This document shows positions 11,912 to 23,488 of a DNA stretch of 64,000 nucleotides, piece by piece; position 1 is the first letter of the stretch, and each line of letters begins with the position of its first letter. The translations under genes were made by a program, and so were the position numbers. Source of the DNA: Pontiella sp. (lineage in GTDB: Bacteria; Verrucomicrobiota; Kiritimatiellia; Kiritimatiellales; Pontiellaceae); NCBI GenBank assembly GCA_050290185.1, contig JBNKHE010000011.1:35677-99676 (forward strand), read 5' to 3'. A model generated the notes under the pieces. That model did no database searches and was not told where the DNA came from. It worked only from the letters and a program-made list of their open reading frames with translations.

Positions 11912-12763
11912 ATGTTTGGAAAGAGGAGGCTTCACTACGGAGGGTTTGGTGTTTGGATGCTGATCGGATTGCTATTCCTGGCCGCCTATTGCCGGGCGGA
12001 GATGCATATCTTTACCTCACCGAATGGTCAGGCGATCGAGGCCAAAATCGTGGGGTATGATGAGCGGGCCGGATTGGTGCAGGTGGAGCGCAAGGATGGC
12101 AAGCGCGTAAAGGTTAAGCCCTCGATTTTTGTGGAGGATGATCAGCGTTACATCCGGAATTGGGTAAGAAGCCAGGCCGTTCTTTCCAAACGTTCGCTCA
12201 GGATCGAAAGTACGGAGCGCACGGTGAAGGAATGGAAGGAAGAGGAATCGATGGACGTTACCTACTCCAACGGAAGCACGGAAAAGGATTTTATCTACAA
12301 CGAGATCGAATTTGAAAGCGTGGTGTATGACTTTACCTTCAAGAATGGGACGCGCAGTACAATCACGGATCTGGTGCTGGAGTATTGCATCTACTACGAG
12401 CAGTCCGGAACGACGTGGCAGAAAAAGCCGGAGCCTCAGATCAAGACCCGATATGGAAAAACCAAAATTGCCGTCATCAAGGCGGATGAACCACTGACTA
12501 TTTCAACCGAGCCGGTGATGATTTATGAAGATTCGCTTAATATGTTGCCGCAGGCCGGCGGCGATCAGCGCCGGGCGGGAGAAGGTGCCATGATTGGGGT
12601 TCATGCACGTATCAAGCTCGAGGTGGATGGGGAGGAAGTCTCTCGTGAATGGTCCTATCCAAAATCGCTCGATCAGGAAAAATATCCGTGGGTAGAAACC
12701 ACCTCGCCCAATGAACATGCACATTTCAAAGACCTGTTTGGAGTTCACCAAGGTCAGGAGTAG
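11912..12763 (+). CDS. Secreted SHD1-like domain protein
   Basis: Signal peptide followed by 'HIFTSPNGQAIEAKIV...VKPSIFVEDDQRYIRNW'; start position uncertain. Confidence 0.7.
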   Translation: MFGKRRLHYGGFGVWMLIGLLFLAAYCRAEMHIFTSPNGQAIEAKIVGYDERAGLVQVERKDGKRVKVKPSIFVEDDQRYIRNWVRSQAVLSKRSLRIESTERTVKEWKEEESMDVTYSNGSTEKDFIYNEIEFESVVYDFTFKNGTRSTITDLVLEYCIYYEQSGTTWQKKPEPQIKTRYGKTKIAVIKADEPLTISTEPVMIYEDSLNMLPQAGGDQRRAGEGAMIGVHARIKLEVDGEEVSREWSYPKSLDQEKYPWVETTSPNEHAHFKDLFGVHQGQE

Positions 12764-12921
12764 GCCTTCCGCAGAGCGCGCTGATTCCAGGGCGGATTGT
12801 CGCGGTTTATGCTTCATGTGAAGCTGCTTATGCGCCGTGGCGGGAGGGGTATTAGATTTTTTACGACAAGATTTTTTCGGGTTTCATTAACAAGATTCAC
12901 ATAAAGAAAGGTGGGGGAAGC

Positions 12922-13704
12922 ATGAAGCGATTGATTCTGTGGATGGTGGTGGTGGCGCTGAGTACGCACGTATGGGCGGACGGTGAATATCACGAGTTTA
13001 CCGACAACCAGGGACGTTCCATAAAAGGACGTATTGTGTCATGCGATGTGAAGAAGAAGATGGTCACGATCGAACTTGAAAATAAACACAAGGCGACTGT
13101 TTCCATCGTTGGGTTCTCCAAGGATGATCAGACGTATATTCTCGACTGGATGCGTCTCGACTCAGTGCGGTCCGAATCGAAGTTCAAGATATCCTTCGAC
13201 CGCCGCAGGCTGGATTCGTGGAATGAAGAAATTCTGGGAGCGATCTCCTATGCCAGCGGCGCTGTCGAAAAAGATCAAGTGGTCGGTAAGAACTCTTTTG
13301 AAAAAACCGGCTTCGAGATCACGCTGAACAACCGAAATGATGGTCCGGTGGATGGGCTTGTTCTGAAATACTGTATATTCTACCAGCAGGATGTAAATGT
13401 GGAGGGAGAGGCGGTTCCGGGGGTGTTGTACGGGGAAGTATCGCTCAACGTGATCGAGAAGTTTTCGAAACAGGTGATTACTACGGACCCCGTCGTGACC
13501 TTGAAGAGCGAATATGACTCAAGCTTTCTCGATGCAGAAGTGCTCAGCGGGGATGTGATCGGAATTGTGGTCCGGCTTTGCACCGCCGGAGAGGGCGGAG
13601 GCGAGGTGCTTCGCGAATTATCCATGCCGGATAGTCTCAGGGATGAGGGCAAATGGGTTGACGAAAGCAAACCGGTCGGGGCAAACGTTGTTGCGGGAGA
13701 CTAA
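12922..13704 (+). CDS. Secreted SHD1-like domain protein (paralog of the preceding gene)
   Basis: Signal peptide, 'HEFTDNQGRSIKGRIV...FSKDDQTYILDW', and an 'LVL.YCI.Y.Q' motif shared with the upstream gene. Confidence 0.75.
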   Translation: MKRLILWMVVVALSTHVWADGEYHEFTDNQGRSIKGRIVSCDVKKKMVTIELENKHKATVSIVGFSKDDQTYILDWMRLDSVRSESKFKISFDRRRLDSWNEEILGAISYASGAVEKDQVVGKNSFEKTGFEITLNNRNDGPVDGLVLKYCIFYQQDVNVEGEAVPGVLYGEVSLNVIEKFSKQVITTDPVVTLKSEYDSSFLDAEVLSGDVIGIVVRLCTAGEGGGEVLRELSMPDSLRDEGKWVDESKPVGANVVAGD

Positions 13705-14699
13705 GCTACTTCCGCAACGGAGTAACGGTCGAGCACCGCTCTTACTTCGGAAATGCTCTCGGTCTTCATGAGTTGTGCCCGCAGGTCGGCTGCACCGTGG
13801 AAGCCTTTTGAGTAGATGGAATAGTAGCGCCGCAGGATGTGGAAGTTTTTGGTCTTGCCCCATGTGCGGTCAAAAAGCTCGGTATGATTCCACAGCATAT
13901 CGAGCTTTTCTTCTTTCGTTCGCGCGTGTTGCTCGTTCTGGAAAAGCCATGGGTTCTCGAATATGCCACGGCCGATCATGGCGCCATCGAGTCCGAACTC
14001 GGCGCATTTTGAGCGGGCCTCCTGCAGCGATTGTATATCGCCGTTTCCCAGCACCGGGAGGTCCAGATCCATCTGGTCACGCAATCTCGCCGCCTTGGCA
14101 ATCTCGTTCCAGTCGGCCAGCCCGTGCGACATCTGTTTCTGCGTGCGCCCATGGATGGTCAGCGCCGCCGGGTTGGTTTCGAGCACGTGCCCGATCCACT
14201 CCTCGGTGGCGATCGACTTTAAGCCGATGCGTGTTTTGACGGACACGGGAAGATGTGTTGATTCCTTGGCGGCCAGGATGATTTCCTTGGCGAGCGCCGG
14301 ATTTCCGATCAATCCCGAACAGCAGCCGCGCCGGACCACTTTGGGTACGGGGCAGCCCATGTTGATATCGATGCCGTCGAAGTCCATCTCCTGGGAGATT
14401 TCTTTGATGACCTGCCGGTAGTTTTCTGGTGTGTTTCCCCAAATCTGGGCCACGATCTTGACGTTTTTTTCCTTGAGAAGCTTTCGTTCGTGCTCAGTCA
14501 CGTGCAACCGATGGGCAACGCGTTTGCGTCCCTTTTTGTGGAGGAGGCCATCGGTGGAAACAAATTCCGTCATGACCACATGGAGGCCGCCGGGATCGGC
14601 TACGCCCAGCAATAATTCGCGTAGCACGGTATCGGTCACATCCTCCATCGGCGCCAGCGCGATGATCGGTTTGTCGATGGATTTCCAGAAATTAGCCAT
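13701..14699 (-). CDS. tRNA-dihydrouridine synthase (second Dus paralog)
   Basis: Motifs LAPMEDVTD, DINMGCPVPKV, IHGRT, GNGDI and MIGRG. Confidence 0.9.
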   Translation of the reverse strand: MANFWKSIDKPIIALAPMEDVTDTVLRELLLGVADPGGLHVVMTEFVSTDGLLHKKGRKRVAHRLHVTEHERKLLKEKNVKIVAQIWGNTPENYRQVIKEISQEMDFDGIDINMGCPVPKVVRRGCCSGLIGNPALAKEIILAAKESTHLPVSVKTRIGLKSIATEEWIGHVLETNPAALTIHGRTQKQMSHGLADWNEIAKAARLRDQMDLDLPVLGNGDIQSLQEARSKCAEFGLDGAMIGRGIFENPWLFQNEQHARTKEEKLDMLWNHTELFDRTWGKTKNFHILRRYYSIYSKGFHGAADLRAQLMKTESISEVRAVLDRYSVAEVA

Positions 14700-14712
14700 G
14701 GGAATTCAAGGG

Positions 14713-14740
14713 GTAGGGACAACGGTTCTCAGTGGTCCGC
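14713..14740 (+). repeat. Degenerate REP-like palindrome
   Basis: GTAG-GGACAACGGTTCTCAGTGGTCC-GC, with the same frame as the copy at 974. Confidence 0.5.
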
Positions 14741-14767
14741 AGTGTTCTGAGACAGAGCTTCCTGTCT

Positions 14768-15760
14768 TTATGCCGGTTCGGATTCTGCAATCGCTATCAC
14801 GAAACCGGCGTCTTCGATCATGCGCTTGTCTTCGTCATAGCTTTGACCGCCGGTTGTCAGATAGCCGGCGGTAAACATGGAGTTGGCCGGATAGAGTGCG
14901 AGTGGTTGCAGGTCGCGCAGCGTGGTTTCGCGTCCGCCGGCAATCCTGACTTCGACGGAAGGCATGACGAAACGGAATAGGGCCAGGCTGCGCAGGCAGT
15001 CGTTAGGCGCAAGCGGATTGGGTTTGCCGTAAAACGGAGTGCCGGGGCGCGGGTCGAGAAAGTTCAACGGCACGGAGTCGACATCCAGGTCGGACAAGGC
15101 AAAGGCGAGGTCGACACGGTCCTGCAGGCTTTCACCCATGCCGAACAGTCCGCCGCAACAGAGATCAAGTCCGACCTTCTTGACAATCCTTGCCGTGTTG
15201 ACGCGGTCTTCGAAGTCGTGGGTCGTCACCACTTCCTTGAAATAGTTTTCAGAGGTTTCGAGGTTGTGGTTGAAGCGGTCGACGCCGGCATCCTTCAGCT
15301 TCAGGGCTTTTTCTTCGGTCAGCAGGCCGAGGGAGGAGCAGATTTCGAGGTTGGGGTGTTTCTGTTTGATCTGGATCGCGGCCTCGCAGATGGTTTCCAG
15401 CTCGTTGGGGTTGGGTGCGCGGGTGCTTGATACGACGCAATAGCGCTTGGCGTTGCGGTCGGCGGCAGCCTGTGCTCCCTCCACAATACTTTCGACCGTT
15501 TGCATATCGTAGCGCTCGACATCGTTGATGGCCGAGGTGGACTGCGAACAGAACGCGCAGTCTTCTGGACACTTTCCGCTCTTTACATTGCGCAGCAGAT
15601 GAAGCGAAACGGTGTTTCCGAAATACTTCTTGCGGATACGGTAGGCACCCTGTAGCACCTCCAGCAGCTCGTCGTCCGCCGACTCCACAATGGCCAGCGC
15701 CTCGGTCTCCGTAATCTTACCGCCGTCCAGTATGCGGTCGCTCAACGTTTTCCAGTCCAT
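14768..15760 (-). CDS. bioB: Biotin synthase
   Basis: Radical SAM motif CPEDCAFCSQS, NHNLETS, CCGGLFGMGE and RIAGGRE; start MDWKT after GGAGG. Confidence 0.95.
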   Translation of the reverse strand: MDWKTLSDRILDGGKITETEALAIVESADDELLEVLQGAYRIRKKYFGNTVSLHLLRNVKSGKCPEDCAFCSQSTSAINDVERYDMQTVESIVEGAQAAADRNAKRYCVVSSTRAPNPNELETICEAAIQIKQKHPNLEICSSLGLLTEEKALKLKDAGVDRFNHNLETSENYFKEVVTTHDFEDRVNTARIVKKVGLDLCCGGLFGMGESLQDRVDLAFALSDLDVDSVPLNFLDPRPGTPFYGKPNPLAPNDCLRSLALFRFVMPSVEVRIAGGRETTLRDLQPLALYPANSMFTAGYLTTGGQSYDEDKRMIEDAGFVIAIAESEPA

Positions 15761-15911
15761 GGTTTTCCTCCTGCACGTATAAAAACGGGCGTTTTTGATA
15801 GGGGGGCGGATAGTAGCGGGGTGCATTATGCCGATCAATCCGTAAAACATGATAATAATAATTGTTGTGAATTGACTCCTTCTAGCGGGCAGGTAGATTG
15901 CAACTCAATAT

Positions 15912-15988
15912 CGCTAGGGGTGCCCTGCAGTTTTGGGGCTGAGAAAAACCCTTGGAACCTGTCCGGATAATGCCGATGTAGGGAAGCG
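15912..15988 (+). ncRNA. TPP riboswitch
   Basis: GGGGTGC...GCTGAGA...ACCCTTGGAACCTG-TCCGGATAATGCCGA-TGTAGGGAAG matches the THI-box core and lies upstream of thiC. Confidence 0.9.
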
Positions 15989-15995
15989 CACCTAA

Positions 15996-18017
<2,022 letters not shown>

Positions 18018-18041
18018 GTCAAGGTCTGTAGCATGAGGAAT

Positions 18042-18078
18042 AAAACAACCCCGCTGTTGATTGCATCGGGGTTGTTTT
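18042..18078. terminator. Bidirectional intrinsic terminator
   Basis: AAAACAACCCCG...CGGGGTTGTTTT between convergent thiC and the vWA gene. Confidence 0.75.
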
Positions 18079-18096
18079 CATTTACACCTTACCGGA

Positions 18097-20280
18097 TTAG
18101 TTGCGGTATTGCCATTGTGGGTAGTTGGATTCCGTTGGCGTGCGCTTTTCGAGTTGCTTTGCCTGTTGCAGGAGGCGGATGAATTCGCGGCGGTAGCCGT
18201 AAGGATCCTCGCCAATAGCGCTTTCTGCCAGTTCCTGAATCTCTTCAAGAGCATAGTGAGTGAGGTGTTCCGACTGGCGGAGATATTGTCCGAACGCGGC
18301 AACGGAAGTTGCCCAGCGGAAGGATTCATCCATGGATTCGGACGGGGTCGCGGCCTTTAACGGGAAGCTCAACAGTTTACTGACGGAGCCTTCTGGCTCT
18401 TTGTAGCGTAACTTCAAGGTCAGCATTTCGTCGCTTCCGGTATACTGCTTTTCAGTCGGCTGGACATATTTCAGCGAAACGCCGTCCTGAGTGACCGGGG
18501 CATCGGTCAGGACCAGTTCATAGAGTGCGGTGACCTGATGGCCGGCACCGATCTCGCCGGCATCCTTCCGGTCGTCTGCAAAGTCCTGCGCCGCCATGAC
18601 GCGGTTTTCGTAGCCAATGAGCCGGTACGAACGGACGACGGCCGGATTGAATTCGATCTGGATTTTGACGTCCTTGGCGATAGTAACCATGTTGGCGGTC
18701 AATTGTTTGACGAGTACCTTGTCGGCTTCGCGCTCGGAATCGATGTAGAAATAGTTGCCGTTGCCTTTGTCGGCCAGCAATTCCATTTTGGAGTCCTTCA
18801 GGTTGCCGGTGCCGAAGCCCAGGACGCTGAGGAATACACCGGTCTGGCGCTTTTGCTCAATCAGCTTTTGCAGACCTTCGAGGTTGGATGTTCCCACGTT
18901 AAAGTCGCCGTCGGTGGCCAGGATCACGCGGTTGATGCCGCCCTTGATGTAGTGGTCGGCCGCCACGCGATAGGCCAGCTCGATCCCGGCACCGCCGGCG
19001 GTGGAGCCGCCTGCCGAAAGCCGCTCCATTGCGCGGATAATCGTTTCCTTGTCGGAGGCCGGGGTGGAGTCCAGTACAAGGCCGGAGGAGCCGGCATAAA
19101 CCACGATTGCCACGCGGTCCTGTGCGCCCAGCGTATTGACCATCATGGTGAACCCTTTCTTGAGCAACGGCAGCTTGTCCGGGCTGTTCATGGAGCCGGA
19201 GACATCCAGCAGGAATACCAGATTGGACGGTTTGGCGGATTCTTCATTCAGCCTGCGTCCCTGCAGTCCGACACGCAGCAGCTTATGGTCCCGGTTCCAC
19301 GGACAGGAGTGCAGGGCCATGGCTGTCGAGAAGGGGGTGGCGCCGGTGGGCGCGGCATAGTTGTATTCAAAATAATTGATCATCTCCTCAATACGCACGG
19401 CATCCGTCGGGGGCAGCTGGCCGTTGTTCAGGAATCGGCGCACATTGGCATACGACGCTGTGTCGACATCAATCGAAAAGGTGGAGAGCGGTTTGCCTGT
19501 CGTATTGATCCATCCGTTTTCTGCAACTGTCGCATAGGCTTCCGCCCTGATATCGGATGGTGCGGGGATTTTTGCACTACGCCCGTATGCATCATAGGAG
19601 TCGTTTGCGCCGAATTCGTCCATGGCATAAAGCCACATGAAGCCAACCTCGGATTTAGTCGGGGTTGAGGCTACAGTTGGGGCTGCACGAGTTGAATTGT
19701 CCATATCTGCGAGTGCATCGTTGATTCCTTCATCTACTAGCTCGGATGTTGGCTGAGCGCTTACGATTTGCTTTCTGAGCTTGGGTGCGGAAGATTTATT
19801 AATCGGGACCGGTACGGAAGGTTTCCTTAGTTTTACCTTGGGCCGTTCCGTCACGGGAACAGATGCCGGTTCGGAGGCGTTTTGATCCATCGCTTGCGAG
19901 CCTTCCTCGAATTCCGATACGGCACCGCCGATTTTCTGGCTGATCGAGCTTTTCATCACGGATCCGATGCCGAGGACCACGGCCAGCACGGCGGCGGTGC
20001 GGAGCAGTATCCTGTTCCAGCGAACGGGCCGGATGATTTTTGGCGAGTCCTTTTCCTTGATGCGCTTGAGCACGGCTTCGGCAATCGGGCTGGTGGCGCT
20101 TGCTTGTTGCTGGATTCTCAGCAGCTGTTCCATCTGTAGCTGTTTGCAGAACTGATCCAGTTTGTCCGAGTCGTTCTGAAGGATGTGCAAAAGCTGTCGG
20201 GCGGCTTCGGGTTGAATGGTGTCGTTCAGGTATTGCTCGACCCATTCCATGAATTGTTCGTTCGAGACATTATTTTTCAT
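18097..20280 (-). CDS. vWA-domain (YfbK-like) membrane protein, probable anti-sigma factor
   Basis: N-terminal cytoplasmic domain and TM helix, 'STFSIDVDTASY', MIDAS DVSGS, 'ATDGDFNVG'; overlaps the ECF sigma stop. Confidence 0.85.
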   Translation of the reverse strand: MKNNVSNEQFMEWVEQYLNDTIQPEAARQLLHILQNDSDKLDQFCKQLQMEQLLRIQQQASATSPIAEAVLKRIKEKDSPKIIRPVRWNRILLRTAAVLAVVLGIGSVMKSSISQKIGGAVSEFEEGSQAMDQNASEPASVPVTERPKVKLRKPSVPVPINKSSAPKLRKQIVSAQPTSELVDEGINDALADMDNSTRAAPTVASTPTKSEVGFMWLYAMDEFGANDSYDAYGRSAKIPAPSDIRAEAYATVAENGWINTTGKPLSTFSIDVDTASYANVRRFLNNGQLPPTDAVRIEEMINYFEYNYAAPTGATPFSTAMALHSCPWNRDHKLLRVGLQGRRLNEESAKPSNLVFLLDVSGSMNSPDKLPLLKKGFTMMVNTLGAQDRVAIVVYAGSSGLVLDSTPASDKETIIRAMERLSAGGSTAGGAGIELAYRVAADHYIKGGINRVILATDGDFNVGTSNLEGLQKLIEQKRQTGVFLSVLGFGTGNLKDSKMELLADKGNGNYFYIDSEREADKVLVKQLTANMVTIAKDVKIQIEFNPAVVRSYRLIGYENRVMAAQDFADDRKDAGEIGAGHQVTALYELVLTDAPVTQDGVSLKYVQPTEKQYTGSDEMLTLKLRYKEPEGSVSKLLSFPLKAATPSESMDESFRWATSVAAFGQYLRQSEHLTHYALEEIQELAESAIGEDPYGYRREFIRLLQQAKQLEKRTPTESNYPQWQYRN

Positions 20281-20863
20281 CAGACTGCTCCTTGATTTTG
20301 TTCTCAATGCAGGTGCGGAGCGCGCTGCGGACGCGATGCAGCGTGCTCGTTACCCAGGTTTTGGTGCGTCCTGTTTTCTCTGAGATTTGTTGGATGGATA
20401 GGGATTGCTTGTAGCGGTCGTTTATCAGTGTCTGGTTGTTGTCGCTTAAGCTTTTTGTACAGGCACTCAAATGGGTCAGCAGATCCTCGTTCGGGGAGGC
20501 GGTATCCGGCGTTGCAGCAAGGTGCTGGATGGCGATTGCGGTTAGCTGTTGTTTGTAGTCGTCGTGCTTGGTTTTTCGGCGGGTATAGGTCTTTACGCGG
20601 GAGAGGATCATGAAGCGGCAGATGGAGCGTAGCCAGGTTCCAAAATCCGCATCCGGCCTAAAGGTGGACAGTTGTTCGAAGGCGCGGACAAAGGTGTCCT
20701 GAACCGCTTCGGCGGCTTCATCGAAATAGGGAAGGCGATAGAGGGCAAAGGCGAGCAACATCGGTTCATGTAGTTTTACCAGTTCGGCAAAGGCCTGATG
20801 GTCGCCCTCCAGTGATGCCTGAATGTGTTCCTTCTCTTGCCCTATATTGGTCAGTGTCTGCAT
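20270..20863 (-). CDS. ECF-type RNA polymerase sigma factor
   Basis: 'GDHQAFAELVKLH', 'AAEAVQDTFVRAF', 'FGTWL' and region 4 'LHRVRSALRTCIE'. Confidence 0.9.
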   Translation of the reverse strand: MQTLTNIGQEKEHIQASLEGDHQAFAELVKLHEPMLLAFALYRLPYFDEAAEAVQDTFVRAFEQLSTFRPDADFGTWLRSICRFMILSRVKTYTRRKTKHDDYKQQLTAIAIQHLAATPDTASPNEDLLTHLSACTKSLSDNNQTLINDRYKQSLSIQQISEKTGRTKTWVTSTLHRVRSALRTCIENKIKEQSDEK

Positions 20864-21149
20864 AAGATCTCCATCCATTCACCCAATATAGGCCATCTAC
20901 AAAGATGCATCACAAAAAAATGTGCATGGGTTCCGGGTTGGACGAAATGCCATTGAACGACACGCGCGAAAATATTCCGTACCTCAGGGAGGGGGCGGCC
21001 TTTCGATGCCGGAAGGATACGGGATTTTCCGTGGTATATCGCGTTATTCCCGCTTTCTTTTGGTAATAAAAAACATAATATTGCCTAGTTGCATTACGTG
21101 CGAAAACTGATAGGTTTGCGCGCTTTTACAGAAATTAAGGAGAGCAAAC

Positions 21150-22004
21150 ATGATCGAAAAAGGCAGTACATATGTCGTGATGGGCCTGCTCAACACCGAC
21201 TCGATCGCCTATGCCGCCGGCAAGATGATCACTGAATTGGGTGGCAATGTCATCTACACCGTGCAAAGCGAACGTATGAAGCGCATCTTCTTCGATCGCA
21301 GTCCCGACCTGACCGACGAGGAAAAGGCCGCGATGCGGTTTGAATACTGCGATGTAACGGTCGAGAACGAAGTTCGCAACCTGTTCGCAAAAACGGGGCC
21401 GATCAACGGTGTGCTGCATTCCATCGGCTTTGCCAATCCAAAGACCTGTCTGGGGCCCAGCATGTATACCCCGGCATACGAAGACATCAAGCAAGCCTTT
21501 CACATCAGCTGCGCCTCGCTGGCGACCGTATCGCATTTCGCCCTCGAACAGATGGAAAAGGGCGGTTCGATCGTAACGCTTTCCTTCGAGTCGCAGGTGG
21601 CCTTCCCGTACTACAACTGGATGGGGGTCAATAAAGCGGCTCTTGAAGCGCTGGTGCGCGCCCTTGCCCGCGAATACGGTCGTGAGCACGTTCGCGTAAA
21701 CGCCATTTCCGCCGGCCCACTGGCCACCAAAGCCGCCAAATCGATCCCGCACTTCGCGCATCTGGCCAAAACCTGGCGTCAGATGAGCCCGCTGCCCTGG
21801 GATGTGGTGAACGATAAGAAGGAAGTCGCTAACGCCGTGGTCTTTATGCTCGGCATGTATTCCAAGAAGATTACCGGCCAGACCATCTATGTGGATGGCG
21901 GCGCAAACAATGTCGGCGGGGCTCTGCTTCCAAGCGAAAAGCCGCTGATGCGCACCCCGGCCAAGGTAGCGGCCAAGAAGAAGGCTGCTGCCAAGAAGCA
22001 ATAA
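21150..22004 (+). CDS. fabI: Enoyl-ACP reductase
   Basis: 'SIAY', 'HSIGFA', YNWMGVNKAALE (YxxMxxxK) and 'RVNAISAGPL' motifs. Confidence 0.88.
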   Translation: MIEKGSTYVVMGLLNTDSIAYAAGKMITELGGNVIYTVQSERMKRIFFDRSPDLTDEEKAAMRFEYCDVTVENEVRNLFAKTGPINGVLHSIGFANPKTCLGPSMYTPAYEDIKQAFHISCASLATVSHFALEQMEKGGSIVTLSFESQVAFPYYNWMGVNKAALEALVRALAREYGREHVRVNAISAGPLATKAAKSIPHFAHLAKTWRQMSPLPWDVVNDKKEVANAVVFMLGMYSKKITGQTIYVDGGANNVGGALLPSEKPLMRTPAKVAAKKKAAAKKQ

Positions 22005-22064
22005 GAAGAGTGACTGGTGATTCGTGAGGCGTGACGTTGTGTCACGGCTCACGTTTCATGTATC
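22005..22064. repeat. Heptamer-family palindromic element
   Basis: Left arm GAAGAGTGACTGGTGATTCGTGAGGCGTGA, right arm TCACGGCTCACGTTTCATGTATCA. Confidence 0.65.
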
Positions 22065-22076
22065 AGGGGATCATCC

Positions 22077-23177
22077 ATGGGATTGAGTGTAGGTATTGTC
22101 GGACTTCCGAACGTCGGGAAATCCACCATCTTCAACGCGTTGACGCGGGAGCAGAATGCCGAGGCGGCAAATTATCCGTTCTGCACGATCGAGCCGAACA
22201 AGGCCGTCGTGCCCGTGCCGGATAAGCGCCTCGACAAACTGGCGGAAATTGCCGGATCGCAGAGGATACTCCATGCCACGGTGGACTTCGTCGATATTGC
22301 CGGACTTGTAAAAGGCGCCAGTCAGGGCGAAGGGCTGGGAAACAAGTTTTTGACCAATATCCGCGAAACCGATGCGATTCTTCAGGTGGTCCGCTGTTTC
22401 GATAACGACAATGTCGTGCACGTCGATGGCTCTATCAATCCCGTTCGTGACGTTGAAATTATCGAAGCCGAGCTGATTATTGCCGACTTCCAGATGATGG
22501 AAAATCGTCTGGGTCGCGTGCAGAAGGCGGCGCGCGCCGATAAGGCCATTGCCGCAACGCTTCCGGTTTTTGAAAAATTGCTAGCCCACCTTGGTGAAGG
22601 AAAAATGGCCCATGATTTTGCGGAACGGGAATCGGAATCCGGAAAAAAAATCTTCAAGGAAATGCAGTTCCTCACCGACAAGAAGGTGATCTATTGCTGC
22701 AACGTCGATGAAGATGGGCTCCTCGAGGACAACGACTATGTTGCGGGCGTCAAGGCCTATGCCGCGGAGCGTGGGGCTGAAGTGGTGAAAATATGCGCCA
22801 AGATGGAAGAGGATCTCAATGGCATGACCGACGAGGAACGCAGCGAATTCCTGCATGAATTCGGGGTGGAGGAAAGCGGCCTGGACCAGATCATCCACAC
22901 CGGTTACCGAACGCTCGGCCTCATCAGCTATTTAACCCAGGGGCCGAAGGAAACGCGTGCATGGACCATTCATCGCGGTGACACGGCACCCAGGGCCGCT
23001 GGCGTCATCCATACCGATTTCGAGCGCGGCTTCATACGTGCGCAGGTGATGGCCTATGACGACTACGTCGCCAAGGGCGGCGAGGCGGCCTGCCGCGAAG
23101 CGGGGTTGCTGCGGACCGAGGGCAAGGAATATGTCGTCAAGGACGGCGACGTCATTGAATTCCTGTTCAACGTCTGA
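22077..23177 (+). CDS. ychF: Redox-regulated ATPase YchF
   Basis: Motifs GLPNVGKST, ANYPFCTIEPN, DIAGLVKGAS and a C-terminal TGS domain. Confidence 0.97.
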   Translation: MGLSVGIVGLPNVGKSTIFNALTREQNAEAANYPFCTIEPNKAVVPVPDKRLDKLAEIAGSQRILHATVDFVDIAGLVKGASQGEGLGNKFLTNIRETDAILQVVRCFDNDNVVHVDGSINPVRDVEIIEAELIIADFQMMENRLGRVQKAARADKAIAATLPVFEKLLAHLGEGKMAHDFAERESESGKKIFKEMQFLTDKKVIYCCNVDEDGLLEDNDYVAGVKAYAAERGAEVVKICAKMEEDLNGMTDEERSEFLHEFGVEESGLDQIIHTGYRTLGLISYLTQGPKETRAWTIHRGDTAPRAAGVIHTDFERGFIRAQVMAYDDYVAKGGEAACREAGLLRTEGKEYVVKDGDVIEFLFNV

Positions 23178-23231
23178 TTCCCGGATTGTCTTTGTCCAGC
23201 AAGCGCTGATCCCCCTTTTGCCAATAAGAAA

Positions 23232-23267
23232 CGGCGCATGGAAAGGGGGATCCATGCGCCGCCCTAC
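23232..23267 (-). repeat. REP-like palindrome with GTAG foot
   Basis: CGGCGCATGGA-N8-TCCATGCGCCG (perfect 11-bp stem) followed by CCCTAC, which reads GTAGGG on the minus strand. Confidence 0.6.
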
Positions 23268-23488
23268 ATACTCCCGCAACGGAAGTATGATTTGTTTGCT
23301 GTCTCTACATCTTTTGACCGTTTTCTTGAAATAGGTTCAAATATATCCGGCTTAAAGCTGGGCGGGGCGGCATATGCAGCCTGCGCGTGCCGGGAGGGGA
23401 AACCCGCCGGAAAACCGAACGAATTGTTTGTACGAGGCTGGCGCTTTGGGTAATCTCCCTCTCTGTTTTCCATAGAAAGGATAATGAT

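Noticed and set aside
13701..14699. Second Dus gene as a novelty
   Set aside because: Multiple Dus paralogs per genome are ordinary.
15833..15880. BirA operator upstream of bioB
   Set aside because: Only a weak TCAAT...ATTGA symmetry is present, and its spacing does not match the BirA consensus.
20920..21120. Structured RNA between the ECF sigma gene and fabI
   Set aside because: There is only an imperfect stem, with no family signature or second copy.
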